Positions 18,446 through 28,773 of a stretch of DNA of 64,000 nt are shown here, piece after piece. Below the pieces are notes generated by a model that saw only the letters and a list, made by a program, of their open reading frames with translations, had not been told where the DNA came from and searched no databases. Each line of letters opens with the position of its first letter. Position 1 is the stretch's first letter. The translations under genes were made by a program, and so were the position numbers. Source of the stretch: Prolixibacteraceae bacterium (GTDB lineage Bacteria; Bacteroidota; Bacteroidia; Bacteroidales; Prolixibacteraceae); contig JARKOX010000037.1 in assembly GCA_029975525.1 (NCBI GenBank), positions 15,909-79,908 on the forward strand, written 5' to 3'.

Positions 18446-20707
18446 TCATTTCTTTTTCAGACCATAAAAATTATATTGCTTTTCCTCTGTTTCAACAGGT
18501 TCAATTTTGAGATCAGCCGTATTTTTAGTGTATAAAATCATTTCTTTCCCTTTTTCAATATTCAGAACAAAAGTACTTTCACTTGCTTTTTTTATTTTGC
18601 CTCCGGAGATTTTGAATGTACCATTAAATTCGGGCTCAATGATGCAAAGTTCTCCTGTGTTATTTTTTACCCTGACCCAAACTACTTTACCATTTTCTTT
18701 TTTTGCTGAAACTTCAAACCCTCCTTCTGCTCTCAGGTTGTGAAAAACAACATCTTTCCAGCTATCGGGAACTCCGGGGAAAATACGGATTTTATCGCCC
18801 CAGCTTTGAATAAGCATATCCAGCAACATTCGGCATAACCCCCCATAGGTTTCGGAACAAGGATTTCTGCCTTCAGCATGAAAGGTATTTGGATAGAAAT
18901 TGGGAGAAGCCAAGGCAAGGTTCAAATGTTTTAATGCGTTTTCGCCGTCTTTTACAGACGAATACATTGAACTTATTACAGCTTGTGTCCATGTATTGGG
19001 AATAGCAGGCGATCCCCAATATTTTAATGATCGAAGTATGACTTCCCTGTTTTGTGGCTGATCCCAATTAGTCAAGTAATACGGATAAATCTGGAACAAA
19101 TGACACCAATGGCGATGCATTAGAGGCGCTGATAATTGCGCCGAACACATATAACCGTTTTCATCGACAGGAAACGGTAATAAATGATCAACCACGTATT
19201 GCCACTTTAATTCCAAAGAGTCTTTTAAGTGTAACTGTTTATTTATTTTCAATAGTGTTTGGCAACCCCATTTCAACGACGAAAGATCGTAATTTGTATC
19301 TGTAGCTTCAGTTGATTCAGGAGAATGCCCGTAAGGTGTATGGACAATTCCGTTTTCATCGGTATATACCTCGTGTAACATCAAATTTACGGAACGTCGT
19401 AAAAGCGGGAAGAAATGATTTTTTAAATAGTCTTCATCCATTGAGACCCTATAATATTCCCACAAATAGTAGCACAAATAAGTCAAGTTGGAGCGTTCGG
19501 GGGCTTCGGGAGACGGCCACGTAAGGGTGCTTTCGTCCATGTCAGGCCCGGTGCAACGAGAAACCCCGGCCGAATTGTACTGCCATTTTTCAGGAGCAGC
19601 AGCAATGAGTTTGTCGTTCATTTTAATCAGATAATCGGGCAATGTGGAAGCTAGTTTCAGTTGATTGGAAATATGCAGCGAGCTGTATAGCATTTGAGTA
19701 TTCAGGTTCCACCAGATGCCAGGCCAGCTTGTTTGTTTATACCACGGTCCCATTAAATCACAAAGCGGGCCTTCTTCTCGCATCATACTTGCAAATTTAT
19801 ATTGCTGGATCCAATATACACTTTCCATTCTTGTATGCGGTACCGATATAAAACTACGGGTGTAAAAATCATTCCACCATGCACGGTGTTTTTTGATTTC
19901 CTCATCCGTTTTTTCTGGAATTGAGATCTCTTTGATTTTTTCCACTGCCAGTTCTACCGATTCTTTTCCGGGATAGCTGTCCTGGATGGTCACAAACAGC
20001 CTAGTTTTTCCGCCGAAGATTTTTGTAATCTTCCAGGCAATGGTGTAGCTGCCGCCGGCATCCCTTTTCTGAGTGCAAACATGAATCCCATCGATAAACG
20101 ACCATTCAGGTAATGGATTCAGGTAGCGTTTTCCTACCTTTGGATTCCGGAATACAATGGATGCATCGGGATGATACATCCAGTAGCACTGAAGTCCCAG
20201 AGGAACTTCCATTTCGACCATAATGGCATTATAATCGCGAAAAACAAGCGTTTTAAGTGTCATGTCACCTTTTTCGGGGACAGTAATATTCAGTCCGGTT
20301 TCGGCATTGTACAGATCAAGGCGACCGTTTGCATTCGAAAAAGGATAATTCATTTCCAACGTGAAATGGCCGATGGGAAGGCGTCCGTTATCCACAATAC
20401 TATTGGCATTGGAATTCCGGTGTTCCACCACATCCGCTCTGCCGATGTCCAACCTGAGTTTCTCACCTTCTGGGGCATAAAGTAAAGCACCTAACAATCC
20501 ATTTCCCAGAAACGGTGCAGCAAAATAATCATCGGGCATCCTCTCCCAAATCAGATCGTGCCTAGATAGAAATTCCTTCCAGTTTACCTTATCTGTAACC
20601 ATCCCGGATCTTGTTCCGGCAAAAATGTGAGTATTTAGTAAGAATAGTAAAATACTCACATATTGCGCTTTCTGCCATATCTCAATGGGAATGGATGATT
20701 TCTCCAT
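18446..20707 (-). CDS. Putative glycoside hydrolase, GH95-like fold, unassigned family
   Basis: 753 aa with a signal peptide. The N-terminal 'FLGNGLLGALLYAPEGEKLRLDIGRADV' echoes the GH95 'PLGNGRMAAM...' motif. Located in the PUL between two other hydrolases. Confidence 0.5.
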   Translation of the reverse strand: MEKSSIPIEIWQKAQYVSILLFLLNTHIFAGTRSGMVTDKVNWKEFLSRHDLIWERMPDDYFAAPFLGNGLLGALLYAPEGEKLRLDIGRADVVEHRNSNANSIVDNGRLPIGHFTLEMNYPFSNANGRLDLYNAETGLNITVPEKGDMTLKTLVFRDYNAIMVEMEVPLGLQCYWMYHPDASIVFRNPKVGKRYLNPLPEWSFIDGIHVCTQKRDAGGSYTIAWKITKIFGGKTRLFVTIQDSYPGKESVELAVEKIKEISIPEKTDEEIKKHRAWWNDFYTRSFISVPHTRMESVYWIQQYKFASMMREEGPLCDLMGPWYKQTSWPGIWWNLNTQMLYSSLHISNQLKLASTLPDYLIKMNDKLIAAAPEKWQYNSAGVSRCTGPDMDESTLTWPSPEAPERSNLTYLCYYLWEYYRVSMDEDYLKNHFFPLLRRSVNLMLHEVYTDENGIVHTPYGHSPESTEATDTNYDLSSLKWGCQTLLKINKQLHLKDSLELKWQYVVDHLLPFPVDENGYMCSAQLSAPLMHRHWCHLFQIYPYYLTNWDQPQNREVILRSLKYWGSPAIPNTWTQAVISSMYSSVKDGENALKHLNLALASPNFYPNTFHAEGRNPCSETYGGLCRMLLDMLIQSWGDKIRIFPGVPDSWKDVVFHNLRAEGGFEVSAKKENGKVVWVRVKNNTGELCIIEPEFNGTFKISGGKIKKASESTFVLNIEKGKEMILYTKNTADLKIEPVETEEKQYNFYGLKKK

Positions 20708-20734
20708 GTTTTGTTTTTATCTGGTTTACTTGTA

Positions 20735-23143
20735 TCACATCATTTTTTTCAGATCACGTGACTCTCCCGGTTTTAAGGTTACTTCCAACGTTTTTTCGTT
20801 ATATTGAACCGTGCATGTTCCTCCTTTCGGAGAAGAGATTACAGCCGTTTTCAGCAATTGGTTATCCCAGCTGATATCCATAAAAAATCCGCCCCTTGCC
20901 CGCAGGCCTTTAACTCTTCCTGAAGACCAGGCATCAGGCAGCGCAGGTAAAAGATGGACAATATAATTGCCGTTGTTATCTTTTCTGTGGCTCTGGATCA
21001 GCATCTCTGCCATTCCAGCGGTTGCCCCGAAGTTGCCGTCGATCTGAAAGATACTTCTTGCATTTAACAGGTTGGTTTCCATACCCGAAGAAATCAACGA
21101 CCTGAGCGACTGTACTGCCTTTTCCCCATCATACAACCAGGCATACATAAGCATGGCATGTGCTGCGGCCCAGCCACCACCACCCTGTCCGTTTTTTTGC
21201 CGCCAGTCAAGGCTTTTGCGGGCTGCTTCATATAAATTTGACGTTTCCGACGTAAATAGCGCAAATGGATGTAACCCCAGTAAATGTGAAAGATGGCGAT
21301 GTCCAGGTTCGTTTTCAACCATTTCATCTCTCCATTCCATAAGTTTTCCGTTTTTATCCACCGTAAATTCCGGGAGTAAATGCTGCGCTGTTTCAATCTG
21401 CTCGCAGATTTGCTCTGTAGTCCCAAGAATTTCCGCCGCTTCAAGTGTGGCCTGAAAAACCGCCCTGATCACTGAGAGATGATAGGTGGAAGTGGCTGTG
21501 ATTCTAATTTGCCTTCCTGTTTCCTGATCGATATATGCATTTTCGGGCGATGCTGAGGGGACAAAATGCAATCTGCCCTCTTGGTCAAGGATCAGTACAT
21601 CCAGGATAAACTTGCTGGCTCCTGACAGCAATGGGAACAATTCATTTTTTAAAAAATCATGATCCCTTGTGAATTCGTAATGATCCCAAAGATTCATGAC
21701 CATCCACGCACCAGCTAGCGGATCAAGCACGCCGTTGATAAATTGGGATTCCGGAGTTGAAGCAGAGGGTGTAAATCGGCCAAGCGGATTGGTGGCAAGA
21801 CATGCAAACCAGCCATCTGAACCATACATCTCCTTAGCCAGTGGTCTGCTCAGTTCGGCAAGTGCAGTAAACCAGTTGATAAGCGGGCGGTTGGTCTCCG
21901 AAAGATTCGTTACATCCGACGGCCAGTAATTCATCTGCAGATTCACATTGAGATGATAATCTGCTTCCCAGGGGGCCCATTCCCTTTCATTCCACTTGCC
22001 CTGTAAATTGGCTGGAAGTATGGCAGGATTTCGGGAACTTCCCATCAATAGATAACGACCAAACTGAAACAGTTTAATCATCAGGTTGTTGTCTTCGGCG
22101 CCTGCACCAAATGCTGCAAGTTGTTTATCCAGAGGGATGGTATCATTTGATGATGGTCCGAGATCCAGACTCACCCTGTTGAAGATTGTACTATGCTCAC
22201 GAACATGTGCACTTTTCATTTCATCCCACGATTTTTCCTGAACCGCCGTTAAAATATTATCTGCCCTTTTTCCTGGATCCAGTGAAGAATCAAAATTAAG
22301 TTTCTGTAGGTTATAGTCAGTGGTAGCTGTAAAGACCACTAAAATATCATCGGTTTCATTTATTTTAAGGATCTGACCTTCTGGATTTATCTGTCCTCCC
22401 TTGCTCTTTACGGCTAATCGTCCGGCAAAGCGCATATGTTTCCCGCCTGGACCTGAACTTCCCGCATTGTCATCATAGGCATCAGGCGCTTCAATATCGA
22501 CAATCTGCCCATCCATATGTATCCTTCCATCTGGGAAAACTGAAAACGATGCGTCTTTAAACCGGCTCAGTGCAAGCGCTAAATTCAGTTTTTCTTTTCC
22601 TGTAGAGGTGATTCTGACACACAGTACGTCATCTTCTGCAGAAATAAAAGCTTCCTGGGTAATTTTTGTTTCTCCGGAAAGATACTCAACACGCGAAATT
22701 CCAGATACCATGTCCAGTTCTCTCCGGTAATTCGAAATCGGGCCAGCCAAATCCAAATCGACCAAGAGGTCACATAAGGGTTCATACGACCTGAAAGATG
22801 TAGGGCGAACCGTTAGTTTTTCCACACCAAAATCATGAGCTTCGGCAAGTTTTCCTGCCATAACCAGTTTTTGGATCTTTTTGAGGTTTTTGAAATAGTT
22901 TTCCGGTACCGGATTAATCTGGGTTCCGGCCCATAAACTTTCCTCATTCAGCTGAAAACGGCTGGTATCGGTACCGCCGTAACACATGGCCGCCATCCGG
23001 CCATTACCAAGCGGAAATGCGTCGGCCCATTTTTCTGCAGGCTGATCATACCAAAGCTTGACCTCCTGGTGTTCCGGTGAGGAACATGACAAAATGAGAT
23101 GACTTAGCAGAAAAGAGAGAATTATTGGTGCAATAGTTTTCAT
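20735..23143 (-). CDS. GH95 alpha-L-fucosidase-family glycoside hydrolase
   Basis: Lipoprotein signal ('LILSCSS'). Classic GH95 N-terminus 'LWYDQPAEKWADAFPLGNGRMAAMCYGGTDTSRFQLNEESLWAG'. About 800 aa. Confidence 0.85.
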   Translation of the reverse strand: MKTIAPIILSFLLSHLILSCSSPEHQEVKLWYDQPAEKWADAFPLGNGRMAAMCYGGTDTSRFQLNEESLWAGTQINPVPENYFKNLKKIQKLVMAGKLAEAHDFGVEKLTVRPTSFRSYEPLCDLLVDLDLAGPISNYRRELDMVSGISRVEYLSGETKITQEAFISAEDDVLCVRITSTGKEKLNLALALSRFKDASFSVFPDGRIHMDGQIVDIEAPDAYDDNAGSSGPGGKHMRFAGRLAVKSKGGQINPEGQILKINETDDILVVFTATTDYNLQKLNFDSSLDPGKRADNILTAVQEKSWDEMKSAHVREHSTIFNRVSLDLGPSSNDTIPLDKQLAAFGAGAEDNNLMIKLFQFGRYLLMGSSRNPAILPANLQGKWNEREWAPWEADYHLNVNLQMNYWPSDVTNLSETNRPLINWFTALAELSRPLAKEMYGSDGWFACLATNPLGRFTPSASTPESQFINGVLDPLAGAWMVMNLWDHYEFTRDHDFLKNELFPLLSGASKFILDVLILDQEGRLHFVPSASPENAYIDQETGRQIRITATSTYHLSVIRAVFQATLEAAEILGTTEQICEQIETAQHLLPEFTVDKNGKLMEWRDEMVENEPGHRHLSHLLGLHPFALFTSETSNLYEAARKSLDWRQKNGQGGGGWAAAHAMLMYAWLYDGEKAVQSLRSLISSGMETNLLNARSIFQIDGNFGATAGMAEMLIQSHRKDNNGNYIVHLLPALPDAWSSGRVKGLRARGGFFMDISWDNQLLKTAVISSPKGGTCTVQYNEKTLEVTLKPGESRDLKKMM

Positions 23144-23564
23144 TTAGTGAGATTTTTAAAAATTATTCAAATTATTTCCACGCACAAATTTTCAATCTAC
23201 GATCTATAAATCCCATAATTACGCTTGTTTTTCAACCTGATTTTCAACAGTATGGAATAATTATTTATCCATTTTTCTTTTATATAAACATCGGTTTTTA
23301 AACTGTTTTACTATAAGAGGCTTCTTCAGGTTGATGACAGAAGTCCTGAACAGTTTTTTTGTAATTACCTTTTTTTTAACGTTAATTCGTTCATCTGATC
23401 ATTACACGCAAGCAGACTTGATATTTGTTTCTTTAAGTAATTCCGGCAAAATCGGGGTATGATTATGCCTTAGGTGGTAGGGATCCTTTACTCCCTCGGG
23501 GAAAAAACATATCCAGTCAAATCCGTGAAAAGAAATTATTCGTTCGGAATATATTTTTCATTCC

Positions 23565-23607
23565 AAAAAATGGGAAGCTGATCCAACTATTTGAGATCAG
23601 CTTCCCA
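23565..23607 (-). terminator. Rho-independent terminator downstream of susD
   Basis: Perfect 13-bp stem (23571-23583 TGGGAAGCTGATC / 23595-23607 GATCAGCTTCCCA) with an 11-nt loop. On the minus strand it is followed by TTTTTT (plus-strand A6 at 23565-23570). It starts 9 nt after the susD stop. Confidence 0.8.
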
Positions 23608-23615
23608 TTAAAGTA

Positions 23616-25322
23616 TTAGTTATATCCCGGATTTTGTTCGAGAACAGCTTCGGTGTTTCGTTCGATTTCAGAATAAGGAATAGGCCACAGGTTATGGTAA
23701 TCTTGAATGGATGTTCCTGCGCACTCATAAGTTCCAGTTATGTCGGTATATGAATAATTATATTTTCGGTTACGTTCTGCCAGTTTTTCGGTACGGCAAA
23801 GCGTCAGCATACGTGGTTCTTCATAATACAGTTCCCGTAAACGTTCGTCGAGAATATAATCAAGATCCATTTCTGAGGATACTGCCGGTTTGGCATTTGC
23901 ACGTGCCCGGATAACATTGATGTCGGCTGCGGCAGCCACTTTGTTATTCTTCCCGACATAGGCTTCTGCGCGTAACAAATATGTCTCTGCCAGACGAAAC
24001 ATGTACATGTCGCGAAATGTGCTGTTCCCGTTATTAGTCACCAAATGTTCACCGAATGCGGTCAGCAAAGGATTTCCATTCGCATCCCTCTGCCAGTAAT
24101 CCTCCGGAATATCACCCATTACTTTTTTCATCACAAACGGGAACCATTGCCGAGCTGTTGCTTTTTCTGAATATCCATCGGCAACAAACCATTTCCCGAA
24201 AGCAAGCGAGGCCGGATTATCTATTTTAAAATCGCGTATGATGTTATGTTCCGATATACGCATGTCATTCGGGTCGTCTTCCCATATTCCAAACATCACA
24301 TAGTCTGTCGGGTGCATCCATGCTATACTGCGGCCTCCTTTTTCAGCCGTGACGCCCCTGAAAGCCGTAGTTGTTTTCCCACCCGCAGTAACATTGATAT
24401 TTTGATAAAAAGGATTAAATTTCCATGGCCAACTATCATTTCTCATAGACGCCGGATTAAGATAATCGTACTGCATTATCCAGAGTGATTCCTTGTTTCC
24501 CGAGCTCCTGTTTTGGTTACCTGTTTTGAATAAGTCTGAATAAACATCGCCGGGCTGCTCAAGTTTGGAACCAAAGCGTTCTGTCATCAGTTCCATTGCA
24601 GGATAGTCAATTACTGCTGATGCTGCTGTGATTGCATTATCAAACTCACCCAGTGCAATATAGATCTCCGAAAGCAGGTGTTGCGCCATCTGTTTCGAAA
24701 TTTTACCGTCTTTGATCGCATCAATATTTTTCAGTAATGATACTGCTTCCTCCAGATCTTTTTTCGCTTGTGTGTAGGTTTCTGTTCGGCTAGAACGTAC
24801 AAAATCGCGGCGAGGTGCGGTGATTTCTTCCGAATATAAAGGAACTCCACCAAACAAATTAGCCAGGATACGGTATGCGAATGCCCGGAAAAATAGCGCT
24901 TCTCCCCGTAGTACATTCTTGTCGACTTCCGGGATGTCAGCATTGCTGATGCGCGTTAGAATTAAGTTTGCCTGATTAACCATAAAAAACGAGTTGTTCC
25001 ATACATGATTTAATAATGCATTTTCGGGAACCATTGTGGCAGCATATGTGTTGAGCCTATCGAAAGCAGCTGTGCAATATCCCAGATCGGTGCCATGATA
25101 AAGTGAGAAAAAGCCATCATCTGTGGAATAAATAAATATATCACCAGGTCTACGATATAACATATTTACTGCCGCCTGAAAATCGGAGGCCGTAACTAAC
25201 GAATTTTCTGCTGTATAAATAGCCAGTGGTTCTTCTGTCAGAAATTCGTTTTCGTTGCAGGACATGAGGGTAAATAAAGTTATCAAACTCAATAATCCCG
25301 TTATTTTAAATGTTTTTTTCAT
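23616..25322 (-). CDS. susD: SusD/RagB-family outer-membrane glycan-binding lipoprotein
   Basis: Lipoprotein signal 'LMSCNENE'. TPR-like SusD motifs ('LRGEALFFRAFAYRILANLFG', 'LLRAEAYVGKNN', 'ERLRELYYEEPRM'). Lies 12 nt downstream of susC. Confidence 0.9.
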   Translation of the reverse strand: MKKTFKITGLLSLITLFTLMSCNENEFLTEEPLAIYTAENSLVTASDFQAAVNMLYRRPGDIFIYSTDDGFFSLYHGTDLGYCTAAFDRLNTYAATMVPENALLNHVWNNSFFMVNQANLILTRISNADIPEVDKNVLRGEALFFRAFAYRILANLFGGVPLYSEEITAPRRDFVRSSRTETYTQAKKDLEEAVSLLKNIDAIKDGKISKQMAQHLLSEIYIALGEFDNAITAASAVIDYPAMELMTERFGSKLEQPGDVYSDLFKTGNQNRSSGNKESLWIMQYDYLNPASMRNDSWPWKFNPFYQNINVTAGGKTTTAFRGVTAEKGGRSIAWMHPTDYVMFGIWEDDPNDMRISEHNIIRDFKIDNPASLAFGKWFVADGYSEKATARQWFPFVMKKVMGDIPEDYWQRDANGNPLLTAFGEHLVTNNGNSTFRDMYMFRLAETYLLRAEAYVGKNNKVAAAADINVIRARANAKPAVSSEMDLDYILDERLRELYYEEPRMLTLCRTEKLAERNRKYNYSYTDITGTYECAGTSIQDYHNLWPIPYSEIERNTEAVLEQNPGYN

Positions 25323-25334
25323 GTCTCTTCGATT

Positions 25335-28300
25335 TTAAAAGTCAAAGTTAATGCCTAATGAATATGTTCTCAAAAGTGGGTAATCTCCTCCCAATCCTGT
25401 ACTTGTTTCCGGGTCCCATCCATCCCAATCGGTAATGGTAAAGAGATTGGTGCCTGTTAAGTGAATCTTGAAGTTGTTCACACCAGCTTTTTTCAAAAGT
25501 TCAGATGGTAAGCGGTATGATAAGGTAAGATTTTGTAGACGCACAAAACTTCTCTGAATATACGGCGAATATGCATTACCCAACGCTGCCGTAAAATATC
25601 CGGGCTGTCTGTAACGTGCATTCGGATTTTCCGGTGTCCAGTAATCCCATTTAAAACTATTGTTCTGATAAATATTATCTGGATTAGACAGTCCACTGGC
25701 AGGTTGTGCGTAATAATAATCCTTTCCGCCCTGGATAGAATTGATGAACGCCTTCAGTTCCCAATTCTGATAATGAAATACGTTTTCTATACTGAAACGG
25801 TACGATGGATCAGTATAGCCAAGAATTGTACGGTCGTAAGCAGCTGTGTAGGCGCCGTCAGGCTTTCCGTCAGGTCCGCTGATATCCCGAACTTTATACG
25901 TTCCGTAGGTGAAACCTTGTGGTATAATACCTGCCTGGTGATCCGCTATTTGCCACATTCCGATCTGTTCAAAATCATAGGCTACTCCATAAGGATGACC
26001 AATGAAAATTTTACTTGACACGAGGTCATCCTCTTTGCCGTCGCCATCATGGTCAATACCAAGAATACTGATCACTTTATTCCGGTTTTGAGAGAAATTT
26101 ACTGTAATATCCCAGCCAAAATTTTTTGTTTGGACAGGAATTCCGGTGATTGTGAGTTCAGCACCGCGATTCGCCAGTTTTCCGATGTTGGTCGGAATCG
26201 AGCTGATGTTATTGTTTAGTACTGGGATGTTTATGTTGTAAAGTAAATCAAATGTATTTGACCGGTAATATTCGATATTGCCAAAAATTCTGTTGTTCAA
26301 TATGTTGTATTCCAAGCCAACATTAAATGCATTTGTAGTTTCCCATTTCAGATTGTCGTTCGCCATGGCATTGAGGTATACACCCTTTTCGGCAGATGCT
26401 CCATCTCCATACAAATAAGCATCCATTGAACTCAACTTGGCCAAAGTCTGATAACGCCCTACAGTACGGTTACCATTTGAACCGTAGGAGATCCTAAGTT
26501 TCAGGTTATCCACCCATTCCAGATTGTCTTTTATAAAATTTTCTTCGCTAATGCGCCATGCTGCGGCTACAGAAGGAAACCAGGCGAACTTGTTGTTTTT
26601 TCCAAAACCTGAGAATCCGTCGCGACGAATTGTTCCCGTAAAGCTGTAGCGGCTGTTGTAAGTGTAAGCAAGGCGCAGCATGGTATAAAGGCTCGTTTCC
26701 TTCCATGCATCAGAAGAAATAACTTGTCTTTCAGCATTCGCTGCCCCAAGATAATTGTATCCCAATGCATCGTTTGAAAAATCCGAACCAGAGGCGTTTG
26801 TACGTTCCCATTCCCTTTCTTCAGCACCGTAAACCAATGTGGAATGGACATCATGTTTCCCGAATGACTGCTTATAGGACAGGATATGGTCAGCCGTCCA
26901 ACTGTACTGGCTGTCGTTCTGTTTGTTTCCCGAACCAAGCAGTTCTGCACCCCATGGATTGAATGTAAAATCCTTGTCCATTATCAGGTTTTGAGAAAAG
27001 TTCAGTCGATAGTTCAGTCCTTTTACAAAAGGAATATCCATATCGGTATAGAAATTACCGAAGAAATTGTAACGCTTGTCGAGATTGTCCTGCTGACGTG
27101 CTAGTGCCGGATTCAACGTACCCTTATACGGATAAATGATATAATTCCCTGTTTCCTCATCCACGGAAGGAACAACCGGAGGTAGGGTGCTACCCATACT
27201 TGCAATACCCGACCAGTCGCTCAGGGTAAAAAAAGTCTGAGCACCTACTTTGAGCCAGTCGGTGATTTTCGTGTCGAGGTTGAGACGGATGTTATATCGT
27301 TTGTAGGTATCATTGATCACCAGATTTTCCTGGTCAGTCAACCCGACAGATATGAAATAATTACTCAGTTCGCTCCGCCCCCTGACGCTGATGTTGTGCA
27401 TTTGAATGTATGGATGATCGTTTGTACCCATTTCCCACCAGTCGGTTTCCACACCAGCAATGTAACCATTCACTGCATTCGCGTCCATGAGGAATTTAGT
27501 AACGTCCCACGTTGGGTTGGGCTGTAATAAGTCTGGACCTGTGCGACTCAATTCAAGCCACCTGTCAGCAATCAGTTGCAAAAAACCTTCCTTATCCATT
27601 GGCCGCATTTTGTTGTTGGTAGATTCCTGTATGGTGTAAGAACCAGTATATTCAATAACAGGTTTACTCATGGTTTTGACTGTCTTGGAAGTAATAAGAA
27701 TGACACCATTACTAGCTTGTGAGCCGTAAATTGCTGCAGCACTGGCATCCTTTAAAACATCTATTGATTCAATGTCATTTGGGTTTATATCCACTAGACT
27801 CCCCCGATAGATGATACCATCCAATACAATCAACGGACTTTGCCCTCCGGATATAGAAGTACGCCCGCGAATAGTTATGGAAGGATCGCTGCCTGCTGTA
27901 TTTACAGCACCCACATTCAGTCCGGGGATGGTTCCCTGCAACGATTGTCCTAAACTGATATTCGGAGATTCCTGTAGTTTGGTTAAATCAGCACGAACAA
28001 CGGAACCCGTTATATCACTTTTTTTCATGGTTCCGTAACCAATTGCCACGACCTCTTCAATGCCGATGGCATCTTCCACCAATTTTACATTGATTGAAGC
28101 TTTTCCTTCAACGGCAATTTCCTGCATCTTCATCCCGACAAACGAAAACACCAGCGTGGCTTCTGCAGGGATATTGCTTAAGGAGTAGTTTCCGCTCACA
28201 TCGGTAACCGTCCCATTAGTAGTTCCTTTAAGCAACACAGTTACTCCAGGTAATGGTTGGTCAGCTTGGTCGGTGACTTTACCCGTAACGGTTTTGTGCT

Positions 28301-28688
28301 GTTGCACAGCCACTGCGTCTGCCTGGGCAGTGGTCAGCACAATTTGGCGGTCTATGACCAGGTAGCTTACGTTGGTGTGGTCAAACAGCCTCGAAAGAAT
28401 GGCTTCGATGTTTTCCTGCTTTACTTCGATGTCCACCTTGCGCTCCACGTCAACCAGCTTTTGGTTAAAGAGGAAATAAAACTCGCTTTTGTCTTCGATT
28501 TCGTTCAGCACATCAATTACCTTGCTTCCTTTCATATTCAGTGAAAGGCGCGTTTGCTGCGAATAGGTTGTCGTGGCCCAGGCCTGGGCTGCCAACACCA
28601 AAAGAAAAAATACACTTAGCCGCATAATTTTCCATAGTTTAGTTAGGTTCGGAAATGGCTCCGCCCCACAAATCCGTTTTTTTTTCAT
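25335..28688 (-). CDS. susC: SusC/RagA-family TonB-dependent transporter with N-terminal STN (anti-sigma signalling) extension
   Basis: STN domain 'VIDVLNEIEDKSEFYFLFNQKLV...ILSRLFDHTNVSYLVIDRQIVL'. CarbopepD_reg-like 'VTGKVTDQADQPLPGVTVLLKGT'. Plug 'ITIRGRTSISGGQSPLIVLDG', 'DIESIDVLKDASAAAIYGSQASNGVILITSK'. C-terminal 'LGINFDF'. An alternative start at 28625 (MRLSVFF...) is possible. Confidence 0.92.
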   Translation of the reverse strand: MKKKRICGAEPFPNLTKLWKIMRLSVFFLLVLAAQAWATTTYSQQTRLSLNMKGSKVIDVLNEIEDKSEFYFLFNQKLVDVERKVDIEVKQENIEAILSRLFDHTNVSYLVIDRQIVLTTAQADAVAVQQHKTVTGKVTDQADQPLPGVTVLLKGTTNGTVTDVSGNYSLSNIPAEATLVFSFVGMKMQEIAVEGKASINVKLVEDAIGIEEVVAIGYGTMKKSDITGSVVRADLTKLQESPNISLGQSLQGTIPGLNVGAVNTAGSDPSITIRGRTSISGGQSPLIVLDGIIYRGSLVDINPNDIESIDVLKDASAAAIYGSQASNGVILITSKTVKTMSKPVIEYTGSYTIQESTNNKMRPMDKEGFLQLIADRWLELSRTGPDLLQPNPTWDVTKFLMDANAVNGYIAGVETDWWEMGTNDHPYIQMHNISVRGRSELSNYFISVGLTDQENLVINDTYKRYNIRLNLDTKITDWLKVGAQTFFTLSDWSGIASMGSTLPPVVPSVDEETGNYIIYPYKGTLNPALARQQDNLDKRYNFFGNFYTDMDIPFVKGLNYRLNFSQNLIMDKDFTFNPWGAELLGSGNKQNDSQYSWTADHILSYKQSFGKHDVHSTLVYGAEEREWERTNASGSDFSNDALGYNYLGAANAERQVISSDAWKETSLYTMLRLAYTYNSRYSFTGTIRRDGFSGFGKNNKFAWFPSVAAAWRISEENFIKDNLEWVDNLKLRISYGSNGNRTVGRYQTLAKLSSMDAYLYGDGASAEKGVYLNAMANDNLKWETTNAFNVGLEYNILNNRIFGNIEYYRSNTFDLLYNINIPVLNNNISSIPTNIGKLANRGAELTITGIPVQTKNFGWDITVNFSQNRNKVISILGIDHDGDGKEDDLVSSKIFIGHPYGVAYDFEQIGMWQIADHQAGIIPQGFTYGTYKVRDISGPDGKPDGAYTAAYDRTILGYTDPSYRFSIENVFHYQNWELKAFINSIQGGKDYYYAQPASGLSNPDNIYQNNSFKWDYWTPENPNARYRQPGYFTAALGNAYSPYIQRSFVRLQNLTLSYRLPSELLKKAGVNNFKIHLTGTNLFTITDWDGWDPETSTGLGGDYPLLRTYSLGINFDF

Positions 28689-28743
28689 AAATTTGGAACA
28701 TTAAGTAGTTAAACAATTAAATACGTGTAACACTGCTTGATAC

Positions 28744-28773
28744 AACAGGAGCGTGGTGCCAACACCTCCTGTT
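28744..28773 (-). terminator. Strong hairpin between fecR stop and susC (terminator-like, poor U-tract)
   Basis: 8-bp arms AACAGGAG (28744-28751) / CTCCTGTT (28766-28773) plus an inner GTG/CAC extension. Begins 2 nt after the FecR stop codon (28776-28778). Confidence 0.45.
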
